The notes under the pieces are model-generated. The model worked only from the letters and a program-made list of their open reading frames with translations, was not told the DNA's origin and searched no databases. The position numbers and the translations under genes were made by a program. Positions 27,984 to 39,867 of a stretch of 64,000 nt of DNA are shown in pieces. Numbering within the stretch: position 1 is the first letter of the stretch; each line of letters opens with the position of its first letter. Source of the DNA: Mobula hypostoma (Eukaryota); contig NC_086097.1 of assembly GCF_963921235.1 (NCBI RefSeq), positions 193,132,001 through 193,196,000 of the forward strand, read 5' to 3'.

Positions 27984-28179
27984 CAACACACACAAAATGC
28001 TGGAGGAAGTCAGCAGACTAGGCAGCATCTATGGAAAAGGGTACAGTTGACGTTTCAGACCGAGACCCTTCGACTGTACTCTTTTCCATAGATGCTGCCT
28101 GGCCTGCTGAATTCCTGTAGCATTTTGTGTGTGTTGCTTGGATTTCCAGAATTTGCAGATTTTCTCCTGCTTGTGATTG
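27984..28179. mobile_element. Mini-palindrome of Penelope 3' ends
   Basis: Inverted arms. TSD aatgtcttagaag (27971-27983) / aatatcttagaag (28180-28192). Confidence 0.82.
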
Positions 28180-28399
28180 AATATCTTAGAAGAGAAGAGA
28201 ATCCCTGCAGTGAGTGAGATTGATATAACGCAGCCTTACTAGCCTTCAATCTGCCCTAAATTGGTCTGTTGTCGGCCAGTTGGAGAAAGTCAGGTTGCAT
28301 GTACTCCTATGTAAATCTAGGATGGAGACAAATTACTGCACAACAGCTGAATTGGAGCAGTCCATCTTAGTTGAGCAATATAAAACTTCTGTGAGGTGA

Positions 28400-28730
28400 A
28401 AAAATGGCACACAATAATGCTTGATGCTGCCCTTCACATTACCCTCAGAGTTTTCGCATAGTGAAGATTATGTCCATTGCACCTATGAATGGATGGAGTC
28501 CTTGCTGTGATTGTGGGAAGCTGTCCGTCAGCCACTAGGGGGAAGTAGGTGAGGAGGACCTTAGCAATGGTTTTCCTTGTGGCAGACAGCAGGGAATCCA
28601 TCCCCCTGTAGTTACAGTATTTTGATTGTTCCACTTTCCTTGAAGCTGTTACCAGTCACAAGGTCACTGCTATCCCAGGGATGTCTTCTTTCCAGATGTG
28701 TGAGATAAGCCAGAGTTTTGTCTGAAGTTA
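28400..28730 (-). mobile_element. RTE-type LINE RT remnant
   Basis: NYRG..SLLSATRKTIAKVLL...LP resembles the RTE motif NYRGISLLS..GKVIARVLL. Confidence 0.55.
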
Positions 28731-28740
28731 GTCTCCATCA

Positions 28741-29270
28741 CACACAAAATGCTGGAGAAACTCAGTAGGCCAGGCAGCATCTAAGAAAAGAGTACAGTCA
28801 ACATTTCGGACCGAAACCCTCGGCAGGACTGGAGAAAAAAGCTCAGGAGTAGATTTAAAAGGTGGGGGAGGGGAGAAAGAAACACAAGGTTATAGGTGAA
28901 ACTTGAAGGGGAAGGATGAAGTAAAGAGCTGGGAAGTTGATTGGTGAAAGAGACAAAAGGCCATGGAAGAAAGAAAAGAAGGGTGGGAGCACCAGCAGGA
29001 GGCAATGAGTGGGCAAGGAGATGAAGTGGGAGAGGGAAAAGGGGATAGGAAATAGTGAAGGGGGAGGTGGGGCATTACCGGAAGTTTAAGAAATCGATGC
29101 TCATGCCATCAAGTTGGAGGCTACCTAAACGGAATATAAGGTGTTGTTCCTCCAACCTAAGTGTGGCCTCATCATAACAGTGGAGGAGGCCATGGATGAA
29201 CATATCGGAATGGGAATGGGAAGTGGAATTAACATGGGTGCCCACTGAGAGATCCCGCTTTTTCTGGTAA
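28741..29270 (-). mobile_element. Penelope-like 3' fragment (second subfamily) abutting an RTE remnant
   Basis: Same ORF end (ttcatgccatc...ggaggctacc) and the tgctggagaaactcag hairpin region. Confidence 0.75.
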
Positions 29271-30329
29271 GTTCTCCCAAACTACGTCTGACAAGCCACA
29301 TTATTTCCATGCCCAATGTTAGACTCCTGAAACAGATAGTCTTCTCGTGACTGTTCGAAATGGAAAAGGAATGATCAGGATTACACTGAGATCCATGGGT
29401 ATCTTCATTTGAAACACACAGAAAACTTGCTCAATGAAATTAGTGTGTGATCTACAGACTGGATCTTCCGCAACCCAAGGAATTGCCTAAAAAACATGTT
29501 CAGTATTGTGTTTTCATATATTTTGGTAAATGTATATTTTAAATTGTTCTTAATTACAAAACTGAGTGACTTAGTGCTATTCAGCAATTTTTCTCCCCAC
29601 TTCTCAGCTGGATTTTTGTTCTCTTCAGCATTTTAGTTCTGGTGTAGCACGCATAATTTATCTGCAAGTATGATTTTGAGCTTCACTAGTCTGTAAAAAA
29701 AACACAACATTTATTCACAACGGACCAGTTATATTAATCCCATAAACTATACAATTCCCCTGCTTAAACGGCAACTGGATGTTCAGGATAATGGTCACTC
29801 TGAGTTTCATAACTTCATCTACCTTATGTCTGCCTCTGCTTGTCTCTGCCACATCTCACATTTCACTCCATATTCAAGGAGAGAAAATCATCGATTTTTC
29901 CTTCAGGGCACAAGTGCAATGTAATAGGTATTTGTCCACAGTGCAGGCTTCATTAAAAATGCAGGTATTTATAGACTGCATTCATGTCATAAGAGACCTC
30001 CAAGAACTTCTTGTCAGGAATGTCTGTCTGAAGCCCAAGGCTCAATGCACAAAGAACATGCTTCCTGCAGGTGCTATTCTTTACTGGCTTGTCCAGGTCT
30101 CCTTCCACCACTTCAATTCTCCTATTAATGCATATCTATATGTTTAGAAACAGCACTCCCCTACTACAAGGAGAGGGTGGCTGGTATTCTGGTTAATAGC
30201 TACCTGCAAAAATCACACCACCATCATCTTGCAATACATTAGCAGGAAATATTGATAGTCACATCAATATTAGTGTGGCATTACACTTGGAATGCAGCAA
30301 GGCCATATTTAAACCTTGTAGTTGAAGTT

Positions 30330-32455
30330 CTTCACTTTCATTAGTAATGTCTGTATTGCTGCTTGTGCCACGTGCCATGTGCCAGTGAGGATAAGAATGG
30401 GATAATATGGCAGATTAATGTGTGGTTGAAGAATTGGTGTAAGAGGCAGGGTTTTGGATTTGTGGATCATCTCTATCTCCTCTGGGATCCAACTGGACTC
30501 GATAGGGATCAATATCCTTATGGGCATGTTTGCTGGAGCTGCTGGGAAGGGTTTCAAACTAGGTTAGCAGGGCGCTGGGAACCGGAGTGGTAGGTCAGAT
30601 GGTGGAGCAGATGTTGTAAAGGAAGAAGCAATAAGTAGTGAGACTGTGATGAAGTGTGCTTACTTTAATGTGAGAAGTATTAGGAACAAGAGCAATGAAC
30701 TTAGAGAATGGAAGGGTACTTGGAACGATGATGTTGTGGTCATTGCAGAGACTTTGCTGTCACAGGGGCAGAAATAGCTGCTGGGTGTTCTGGGGTTTAG
30801 ATGTTTTAAAAGAGACAGGGAGGGAGATAAAAGAGGTGGGGCAATGACATTGCTTATCAGTATCACAGCTACAGATAGGGTGGACATGGAGGGCTCGTCT
30901 ACTGAGTCAATGTGGGTAGAAGTAACAAAAAAACAGGAAGGGAGCAATCTCTCTATTAGGAGAAATTGCAACAGGGACTCTGAGGAACAGATTAGGAGGC
31001 AGATTTTGGAAAGGTGCAAAAATAACAGGGTTCTTGTCATGGTTGACTTCAACTCCCGTTATATTGATTGGCAACTCCTTAGTGCAAGAGATCAAATGGG
31101 GCAGAATTTGTTAGGTGTGTCCAGGAAGGAATCTTGATCCAATATGTGGACAAACTAACTAGAAGAGAAACCATACTAGATCTAGTACTAGGCAATGAAT
31201 CTAGTCAGGCAACAGAACTCTTGGTGGTGTGAGCATTTCGGAGACGGTGACCATAACTCCCTGACCTTTACCATAGCCTTGGACAGAAATAAGAGCAGAC
31301 AGTATGGTAAAGTATTTCATTGGGGGAGGGCTTTTTATGATGCTATTAAACAAAAATTTGGAAGAATAAATTAGGAACTGATATTCTCAGGGAAATGCAC
31401 AGTAGAAATATGGAGGTTGATTAGGGAGCACGTGGGGTTTTGAGTAGGTTTTTCTCATTGGGGCAGGGGGAAAGGATAGGGGAGGGGTGAAGGAGCCAAG
31501 GTTGACAAGAGCTGTGGGGTACTTATCAAGAGGAAACAGGAAGCCTACCTAAGGTTTCGGAAGCAAAGATCAAACAGGCTCTTGAGAATTATGAGGTAAC
31601 CAGGAAGGAGCTTAAGAAGGGACTTAGAAGAAGTAGAAGAGAAGTCATTGGCAAATAGGATTGGGGAAAACCCCAAGGCATTCCACATATATGTGAAGGA
31701 CAGGGGGATGACTGAAGTGAGGTTAGGGATAAAAGTAGAAACATGCATGAATCTGGAGGTGTTAGAGGAAGTCTTTAATGAATACTTTGCTTCAGTGATA
31801 GGGACCTTGATGAATGTAAGGTCAGGTAAAAAGGCTAATATGAGGTTAAGAAGGAGGCGGTGTTGGAAATTTTAAAAAAACATTAGGATAGATAAGTCTC
31901 TAGGGACAGGTGGGATATATCCCAGGATACCTCAGGAAGTGTAGGAAGAAATTTTTGCACTGCTGGTAATGATATTTGTGTCCTTGCTTGGCCATAGTAA
32001 TAATTGAAGATTGGAGGATAACAAATGTTATTCCTTGGTTCAAGAAAAGCAATTGGGTTAATCCTGGGAATTATAGACCAGCAAGTTTTACATCAGTGGT
32101 AGACAAACTATTGGATTAGAAAGGATTCTTAGAAAAAGGATTTACGAGCTTTTGGAGAAACACAGTCTGATTCGGGATAGTCAGAATGGCTTTGTGACGG
32201 CAACGCATATCTTATGAGCCTGATGGACTTCTTCAAGGAAATGACAAAACAGCGATGAATATAGAGCAGTGGATGTGGTGTGTGTAGATTTTAGTAAGCC
32301 GTTCAACAAGGTTCCCTAGGGTAGGCTTATTCAGAAAGTCAGGAGGCATTAGATCCATGGAAGCCCAGCTGCAGGGACTTGGAACTGGCTTGTCCACAGG
32401 AGGCAGAGGGCCGTAGTAGATGGATTGCATTCTGCCTGGATGTCCATGACTAGAG
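30330..32455 (+). mobile_element. Decayed CR1-type LINE (ORF1 esterase-like end, endonuclease, RT start)
   Basis: INVWLKNWCKRQGFGFVDH, RVLVMVDFN and LANRIGENPKAFHIYVK. Confidence 0.8.
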
Positions 32456-33859
32456 GTGATCTTGGAGTAGATTAAAAGATCTGTACAACATTGTGGGCCA
32501 AAGGGCCTGTACTCTGCTGTACTATTCCATGCTTCTTTCCAGAACACCTTAAAGTGACCCACTGTGCTATATAAATATCAAAAAGAAAGCAAGGCCACTT
32601 TAGCTTTCAGTATATTTGGTGGGGCTGAACGTTCCATCACAATCACATCCATGCACACTAATGCATCCAGGTACACAGAAATGGTTCGGAGGAGACAACT
32701 GTGGATCACAAGACCAGCAAAATTGGAACCTTTGTTGTCGGTCGTACAGAGTTTGAGCCATTTATGTGTAGTGCTTTCATCTGTGGTATAGGATGGGCAT
32801 GTGGAATCAGCATGCTTCAGAGTAACAAAATAGTTCTAGTTTACTGTAAAGCCATAAGCTGCTAAGAAATGCATGATATCCTGAATATGCATTGTAAGAT
32901 TTATTTTGTAAATAATGAAAACTGCCTAAGAGAAAGAAATAAGGAAGCTTATACTTTTATAGCACTGTAATACCTCAGAGGCTTCATTGTGCTTACGAAT
33001 CAGTGAAGTAATTTTGCAGTGGAGTCATTGCCTTACTACAATAAACACTAAAGTCCTGAAACTCCTGGTGAGATGTTTCACTGCTAGACAGCTTTATACA
33101 GGGAAGGGCACAACACTGGCTGTAAACATAAACCTCCAATCACCCCACCCCACACCACACTGATACACAGGGCTCTAACAAATCAGGAAGCTGGGAGAGA
33201 ACACAACAGAAATTTAGATTTTGACCTCTTGCACAACTAAATCTGATTATATATTACTTACTTGTACCAATTTGCTTTATTTTTATTTTTAATGAATAAC
33301 ATGACTTGTATGTGAAAGTTTTAAATGCCAGAAATATATACATAGGAGGTATATCATGTTGTTCTGTTTGTGGTGACCACTGTTTTGATGCTTCTACCAC
33401 CAAATTGAGTCAGCTGATGAATGTGTTCAACTCATATGGATAATTCCAATGTTTAGCAGCATGAAGGAGCTGACTATTAATTACCTGTATGTTAGTTATT
33501 TTTCTATTTGTTTATTTTGAATGGGGTAAAGTACAAGTACTAGTTGATGATTCAGTTTCTCACAGGAAGTGGTGTGACCGAAAACAGGATGCCTTGTAAT
33601 TCAAGACTTCAGCAAATTCATTCCCAGGCATGAATAATTTATTAACCATTCCCTTGGGAGTGCAATATGAAAGGTAAAATGACAAAGGGATATACAGGGC
33701 AATGGAGGGGGGGATCATGGGGAAGAAGGAGAAAGGGAGAGAATAGTACTTAGCAGCTTGTCCTATCCACCAAAGATGGTCAAAGAACAGCACCGAACAG
33801 CATAGAAATGGGTCCTTTGGCTCACCATGTTCACGCTGACCTTATTGTCCATCTACATT

Positions 33860-34290
33860 AATCCACGGCCTCCTCTCATGCCACGATGAGGCCACCCTCA
33901 GGGTGGAGGAGCAAGAGCAATTTCCCTCCTCGCTTCCCCTGTCTGGCCTCTCGCCTCTTCTCACCTGCCTGTTACCTTTCACTGTGTCCTTTCTTCCTTC
34001 CCTTTCTCCTGTGATCCACTCTCCTCTCCTATCAGATACTTTTCTCTTCAGCCCTTTGCTTTTCCAACCCAGCTGACCACCTATCACCTTCTTGCTATCC
34101 TCCTTCCAACCCCCCCCCCACTACCTTTTTATTCTGGCATCATCCCCCTTCCTTTCCATTCCTGATGAAGGGTCTCAGCCCAAAATGTTAACTCTTTATT
34201 CTTTTCCGTAGATGCTGTCTGACCTGAGTTCCTCCAGCATTTTATGTGTGTTGCTTTTGATTTCCAGCATCTTCAGAATTTCTTGTGTTT
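33860..34290 (+). mobile_element. Penelope-like 3' fragment
   Basis: gatgaggccaccctcagggtggaggagcaa, pyrimidine-rich UTR, degenerate cctgatgaagggtctcagccc, terminal ttccagcatct. Confidence 0.7.
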
Positions 34291-34995
34291 ACATTAATCC
34301 TGCCTTTCTCACTAGGTCCATATCCTTCTGTGCCTTGATTGGTTTAGTGCCTTTCAAGGAGGTGATAACCAAATGTAGTGATTGCACCTGACTCCACCTC
34401 CTCATCTAGGTATCACCAGTTACAAACGCTCTCCTCAAATCACATTTAAAACCTTCTTGTCTTTGATATTCCAATCATGGGATTAAGATCTGACTATCTA
34501 TCTCTTAAGCTGTTTATAATTTTATATACCTGATCCTTTGCTTAAGGAAAACAAGCCCAACCTGTGCAATCTCTCCCCAAAACTAAATTCCTCTAATCCA
34601 GGCAACAACCAGAAGAATTTCCTCTGCTTCTCTCCAACATAATCCTGTCCTTCCTATCATGTGCAGAATACTCTAAGCACACTAAATGAAATGATGCTTA
34701 AAGATCATCTTCTGTGCATAGATCTTGATCAGAAGTGTTAGGTCATTAAACATTTGATGGAATGCATCCAGCTGTTTAGAACTATATCCCTTGTATTCAC
34801 TTCCATAAGTTTGCTCCTACAGTTCTGGTCACCTGCCACCCCTCCACCAAACAGGATATCCCTTTAAGAGATGCAGGTTGGCATTCAGCAGTGCAACCCA
34901 TTAAGAATTATTGCTGTCCACTTACAAATGTGAGTCACACACATCAAAGTTGCTGGTGAACGCAGCAGGCCAAGCAGCATCTATAGGAAGAGGCG

Positions 34996-35033
34996 CAGTC
35001 GACGTTTCAGGCCGAGACCCTTCGTCAGGACTA
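34996..35033 (-). ncRNA. Minimal hammerhead ribozyme (intact core), left arm of the 1-kb palindrome
   Basis: Reverse complement reads agtc ctgacga agggtctcggcct gaaac gtc gact. Confidence 0.78.
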
Positions 35034-35804
35034 ACTGAAGGAAGAGTGAGTAAGGGATTTGAAAGCTGGAGGGGGAGGGGGAGATGCAAAATGATAGGAG
35101 AAGACAGGAGGGCGAGGGATAGAGCCGAGAGCTGGACAGGTGATAGGCAGAAGGGGATACGAAAGGATCATGGGACAGGAGGTCCGGGAAGAAAGACGGT
35201 GGGGGGGTGACCCAGAGGATGGGCAAGAGGTATATTCAGAGGGACAGAGGGAGAAAAAGGAGAGTGAGAGAAAGAATGTGTGCATAAAAATGAGTAACAG
35301 ATGGGGTACGAGGGGGAGGTGGGGCCTAGCGGAAGTTAGAGAAGTCAATGTTCATGCCATCAGGTTGGAGGCTACCCATACGGAATATAAGGTGTTGTTC
35401 CTCCAACCTGAGTGTAGCCACACTCAGGTTGGAGGAACAACACCTTATATTCCGTATGGGTAGCCTCCAACCTGATGGCATGAACATTGACTTCTCTAAC
35501 TTCCGCTAAGGCCCTACCTCCCCCTCGTACCCCATCTGTTACTCATTTTTATGCACACATTCTTTCTCTCACTCTCCTTTTTCTCCCTCTGTCCCTCTGA
35601 ATATACCTCTTGCCCATCCTCTGGGTCACTCCCCCCCCTTGTCTTTCTTCCCGGACCTCCTGTCCCATGATCCTTTCGTATCCTCTTTTGCCTATCACCT
35701 GTCCAGCTCTCGGCTCTATCCCTCCCCCTCCTGTCTTCTCCTATCATTTTGCATCTCCCCTTCCCCCTCCAGCTTTCAAATCCCTTACTCACTCTTCCTT
35801 CAGT

Positions 35805-35842
35805 TAGTCCTGACAAAGGGTCTCGGCCTGAAACGTCGACTG
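35805..35842 (+). ncRNA. Hammerhead motif with a core G8>A change (probably inactive)
   Basis: ctgacAa instead of ctgacGa, a CpG-type transition; the rest is identical to the intact copies. Confidence 0.65.
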
Positions 35843-36124
35843 CGCCTCTTCCTATAGATGCTGCTTGGCCTGCTGCGTTCACCAGCAACTTTGATGTGTG
35901 TTGCTTGAATTTCCAGCATCTGCAGAATTCCTGTTGTTTGCGTTACAAATGTGAGTCTATCAGCTAAGATTCATTGTTCTTGCTGATCACTAAAATCTTA
36001 AAAATGAGCAACCCGCGCAAATTTTATGCTTATCTCCATTGGGTCAAGTGGGGGTTGGGAGCACATGGGTTAACCTTGCATTTCACATTCAATTTTCTAA
36101 TATTAACCCATGTAGTTCCTTTAG

Positions 36125-36154
36125 ATTTTTTGAAGTTACCAGCAGGAGCAATAG
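36125..36154 (+). CDS. DLGAP1: Candidate 30-nt alternatively spliced DLGAP1 microexon, (D)FLKLPAGAI
   Basis: Branch-point-like ttctaat/tattaac, then ttcctttAG | 30 nt | GTGTGG. Phase 1/1 and stop-free; the terminal G plus TG of the next exon gives V. Same length and position as the 10-aa GVIKLSSAVE insert I recall in mammalian SAPAP1, with KL aligned. The donor is weak. Confidence 0.6.
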
Positions 36155-36920
36155 GTGTGGGATTGTCACTGCCATTTCTCCACAAGTAGCTACTATATAC
36201 TCTTTCTGTGGAGGAAACGTGAAAAATTCAACTAAAGTCTTCCTTCCTTATATTGAAATTTTTTATAAAAAATGTAGGCAAAGAAAGAACCAGTGTGTGT
36301 TCCATCTTCTGACTCTGTTATACTGTAGGACTTCAGTCTAATCAGAATTTCAATGTACAGATGTGTGGTGTGAATGCTACTTAAATGTATTTTTCTTCTC
36401 ATTATGAAACCAATACTTAGAGTTGAATTTACCTTTGATCTTTCATTGTTGATTATCTATACTAAGGTAACTTTTTATAGATTACTTTTCCCAATAAGCT
36501 GTAATGATCTTTTTCAGATGAACAAATGTCATTTCCTTTATAAACCTATTTGTTGTGTGCACCCTGTTGCAGACATGGTTGATGGTTATGTGATTGTAAC
36601 TGATGAGTCATTCAGTTTCAAGCAATTTATCTAAGTTCAAAATGTGTTTCCTATCATCTCCAGAGTTATGTAATGTCCATTTCTCATCAGGATTGCACCA
36701 CACTTCTTGAGCCAGTCGGGATAACTTCACTCATCTTCACTTGTCCCATCACTAAACTGTTCCCACAACCTGTGGACTCATTTCCAAGGACTCTTCATCT
36801 CATGCTCAGTAGTTATTGCTTATTTTTTTTTTCTTTTGTGTTTGCAGTTTGTTGTCCTTTGCACATTGGTTGTTTGTCCACCCAGTTAGGAGTGGTCTTT
36901 CTGTATCGGTTCCTGGATTT

Positions 36921-37163
36921 GTTGGGCACATGGTCAAGCGGTTAAGGCGTTTGTCTAGTGATCTGAAGGTCGCTAGTTCAAGCCTCAGCTGTGGCAGCGT
37001 GTTTGTGTCCTTGAGCAAGGCACTTAACCACACATTGCTCTAGTGTCTGTGCGAGGAGTGGAGCCCCACACAGACTTCCGATCTGCACCTTGTAAGGCAT
37101 GAAAATGCCCAACGCAGGCCTCTCATGGTCTGAGTCGATGTTCCCCTCCCCTCCCCCTCCCTC
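36921..37163 (+). mobile_element. tRNA/CORE-like SINE with the same head as 25685-26009 but a different tail
   Basis: tggtcaagcggttaaggcgtttgtctagtgatctgaagg...gtgtccttgagcaaggcacttaacc, (cccct)n tail, flanking tggattt repeat. Confidence 0.75.
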
Positions 37164-39867
37164 TTGGATTTACTGAGTATGCCAGTAAGAAAACGAATCT
37201 CGGGTTGTAAGTGATGACATATATGTACTTTGATAATAAATTTACTTTGAACTTTGAATATCCTAACTACTGGGAGCATTTAATACGGTTTCAAATTTCT
37301 TATCTCACTTCAAAGCAACATATTGAGTGGCACTTAATTATTACTCTTCCCTTGAGATGCTTGAGTGCTGTTGTGATAGTTGTCAGTTTTCACTTCTTTC
37401 TTACTGCTTACTAATAATGCGATCATCAAATTTTGGGAAGTGTCTAGAATACTGGAAAATACCTGCAATCCTGTGTGTAATGGAGTAAGATTTTTGCAGA
37501 GTAAAGGAAAAGTCCTAACAGTGTATTAAAATGCCACCAAACCATCACAATTATCATTTTCATTCCCTTACCCAGCCTATTTCTTGCAGATCCACAACTT
37601 ACTGCAACTTCTTTTGATCAGCACCAGGCAGGTCGAAATAGATCTGGTTTGTTGGTTGTAGTTACACAAAGCTCCGGAATTGAGAGTTGAGTATGGTTCA
37701 CGTACATATGTCCACATACATTTTGTTTTCTATGACAGTATCTCCGGTTGAGGATTTGTTGATTTTCTCTTTAACTGACCAGCCATCTCTTCCTGAGCTA
37801 TGGAACACTTTGGACATCTTCAGTTATGAAAAGAGTTGTATAATCAAATCTTAACTTCATCTTTAGCTTTTCTGACAGTACATTACTGACCAACCTGCAG
37901 ACAAGGATCAAAGGCAGGTGAATGGCACATTGAGAGTGGTTATGGAGTACCCGCAAGCAGGAAAGGGGACTGGGATGGCGGGTTTGAAAGGGAAGGAACC
38001 AGCACTGTTCTTGGATATTGTGTTTGGGATTGAAGGAGTGGGTAGGATGGAAAGATGGTTTGAAAATGAAGTTGAGAAGTTGGTGGGGATTACTTGAGGT
38101 AGGAGTGGATGTAGGTAAGAACAACAGGCTTCGGAGATCAATCTTGAAGGAGTAACACCATGTCATTCCAGGGAGGTGATGATCAAACACTTTGGCGTAA
38201 TTTTCTTCCAGTTGTGAAATGTATGTTTGTACACAAACTTCTTGATTGAACCAAATTTCTATTCTATTCTCTTTCACTAACAAATGAGAAATTCTTTAGT
38301 TCATGTTTCAGAACATTCTTTTCCCACAGAAATGCAAAACCCAGATAAGTACAGAATTTTGGTAACTGAGCCAGCAGCATATTTAGCTGTCACTGACAGA
38401 GAAACACAGCCAGGAATGTAAACAGGTACAATTTCTGCATGAATTTTTGTCAAAGATATTTGGCCTACATCTTATAACCATTACCACATCAACTTTAACA
38501 GGAATATTATACACTAATAGCTTGTCTTATTTTAAAAGGTGAGGCCAAAAGAAAGAATGTGAAGGAGGAAACAGATATATATGACACATGAAAATGTCTA
38601 AGATCTCAAGGAACATAAATCTATACTACTTTAAGATGTCCTGCTCACTGAACTCTGTCTGCCCTCTGTTGAATCTGTTCTGATGACAACACATTCTACA
38701 CCAGAAGAAAACAAATAAATCTGCTGGTGCTGGAAAACTGAAATAAGAACAGAAACCATTGAAAATTATTAGCAAATTATGCATCATGTGGAAGAAGGGT
38801 CTCCTGTCATGTCCAAGACCCTTTATCAAGAGTCCCACTCAGCCCCCAACCCTCCATTCCCACCTTAATCTCACATTTCTTCCTGATACCAAGGACTGAT
38901 GAAGGAGTCTCCAACATGATGTTGTTTGACCTAGTCAGTATTTCTAGCATTTTCTGGTTTTTATTTCAGATATTCATCATCTGTATTTTTTTTGCCTTCC
39001 ATACGCCGCTGCCTGTAAGGCGTTAGTATTTTCTCCCTGTGACAATGTGTGTTTCCTCCGTGTGCTCCGGTTTCCTCCCTCCCAGTCCAAAGACATATTG
39101 GTTGGTAGTTTATTATAAATTGGTCATTGTAAATGGTCCTGTGGTTAGGCTAGGATTAAATTGGGAGATTGCTGGGTGCGCGGCTTAAAGGGACAGAAGA
39201 GCCAATTCTTGGCTGTATCTCAATAAATAAATATAAATAAATAAACTTCTGACTTCCATAAAGTCTGACTCTCAAATCCCCTGACTTGACTACTTTTAGT
39301 GAAGTGCGCTTTTTGAATCTACAACAAGATGATAATTTAGAAGCCTTCTGGTATCTATACTCCTCAAAGGTTTAATCCTACTTCATTTCCATCAGCGTTA
39401 TCATCCTCTCCTCCCTCACTATTCCACTGATCCTCTGTCTATGTTTGATCTTGTGTGCAGCCCCACAGTTTCTTTCAATAATTGCTGGAACGAAGACAGA
39501 AACAGGGAAGCTTTCTGCCTCTGCAGCAAATGTCAGTGTAAACAAAGAAGGAACCATCCATAAATGACAACAAAGTTAAAATGGAGTTCACATTTTAGAA
39601 CTCAGGTTCATTCTCCACAGAGACTTTTGACTTGCTTAATATTCCCAACATCTTCTGCCTTTATTTCAAATTGTCCTTATCTATATTTGCTGCTTTGGCT
39701 TAAATACCCATTCATTCATTTGACTTCACTGATTGTTCTCCAAAATTAATCTAGTAAAATGTGATTTAGGGAGTTACAAAGAATTTCACATGAAGTAATA
39801 GACTGGGTTGGGGCTGTTGGTGGATGTTAATGTATGTTGATGCAGTTGTTCAAAGATTGTCGCAATG

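Larger units (their letters stand above)
34937..35942. mobile_element. Near-perfect 1-kb palindromic insertion of Penelope 3' ends
   Basis: Arms of about 480 bp around the centre aacctgagtgt-agcc-acactcaggtt (35405-35430). Perfect 15-bp TSD ttacaaatgtgagtc at 34922-34936 and 35943-35957. Confidence 0.93.

Noticed and set aside
37798..38283. 161-aa minus-strand ORF
   Set aside because: No recognisable domain or splice support; probably decayed repeat or a chance ORF.
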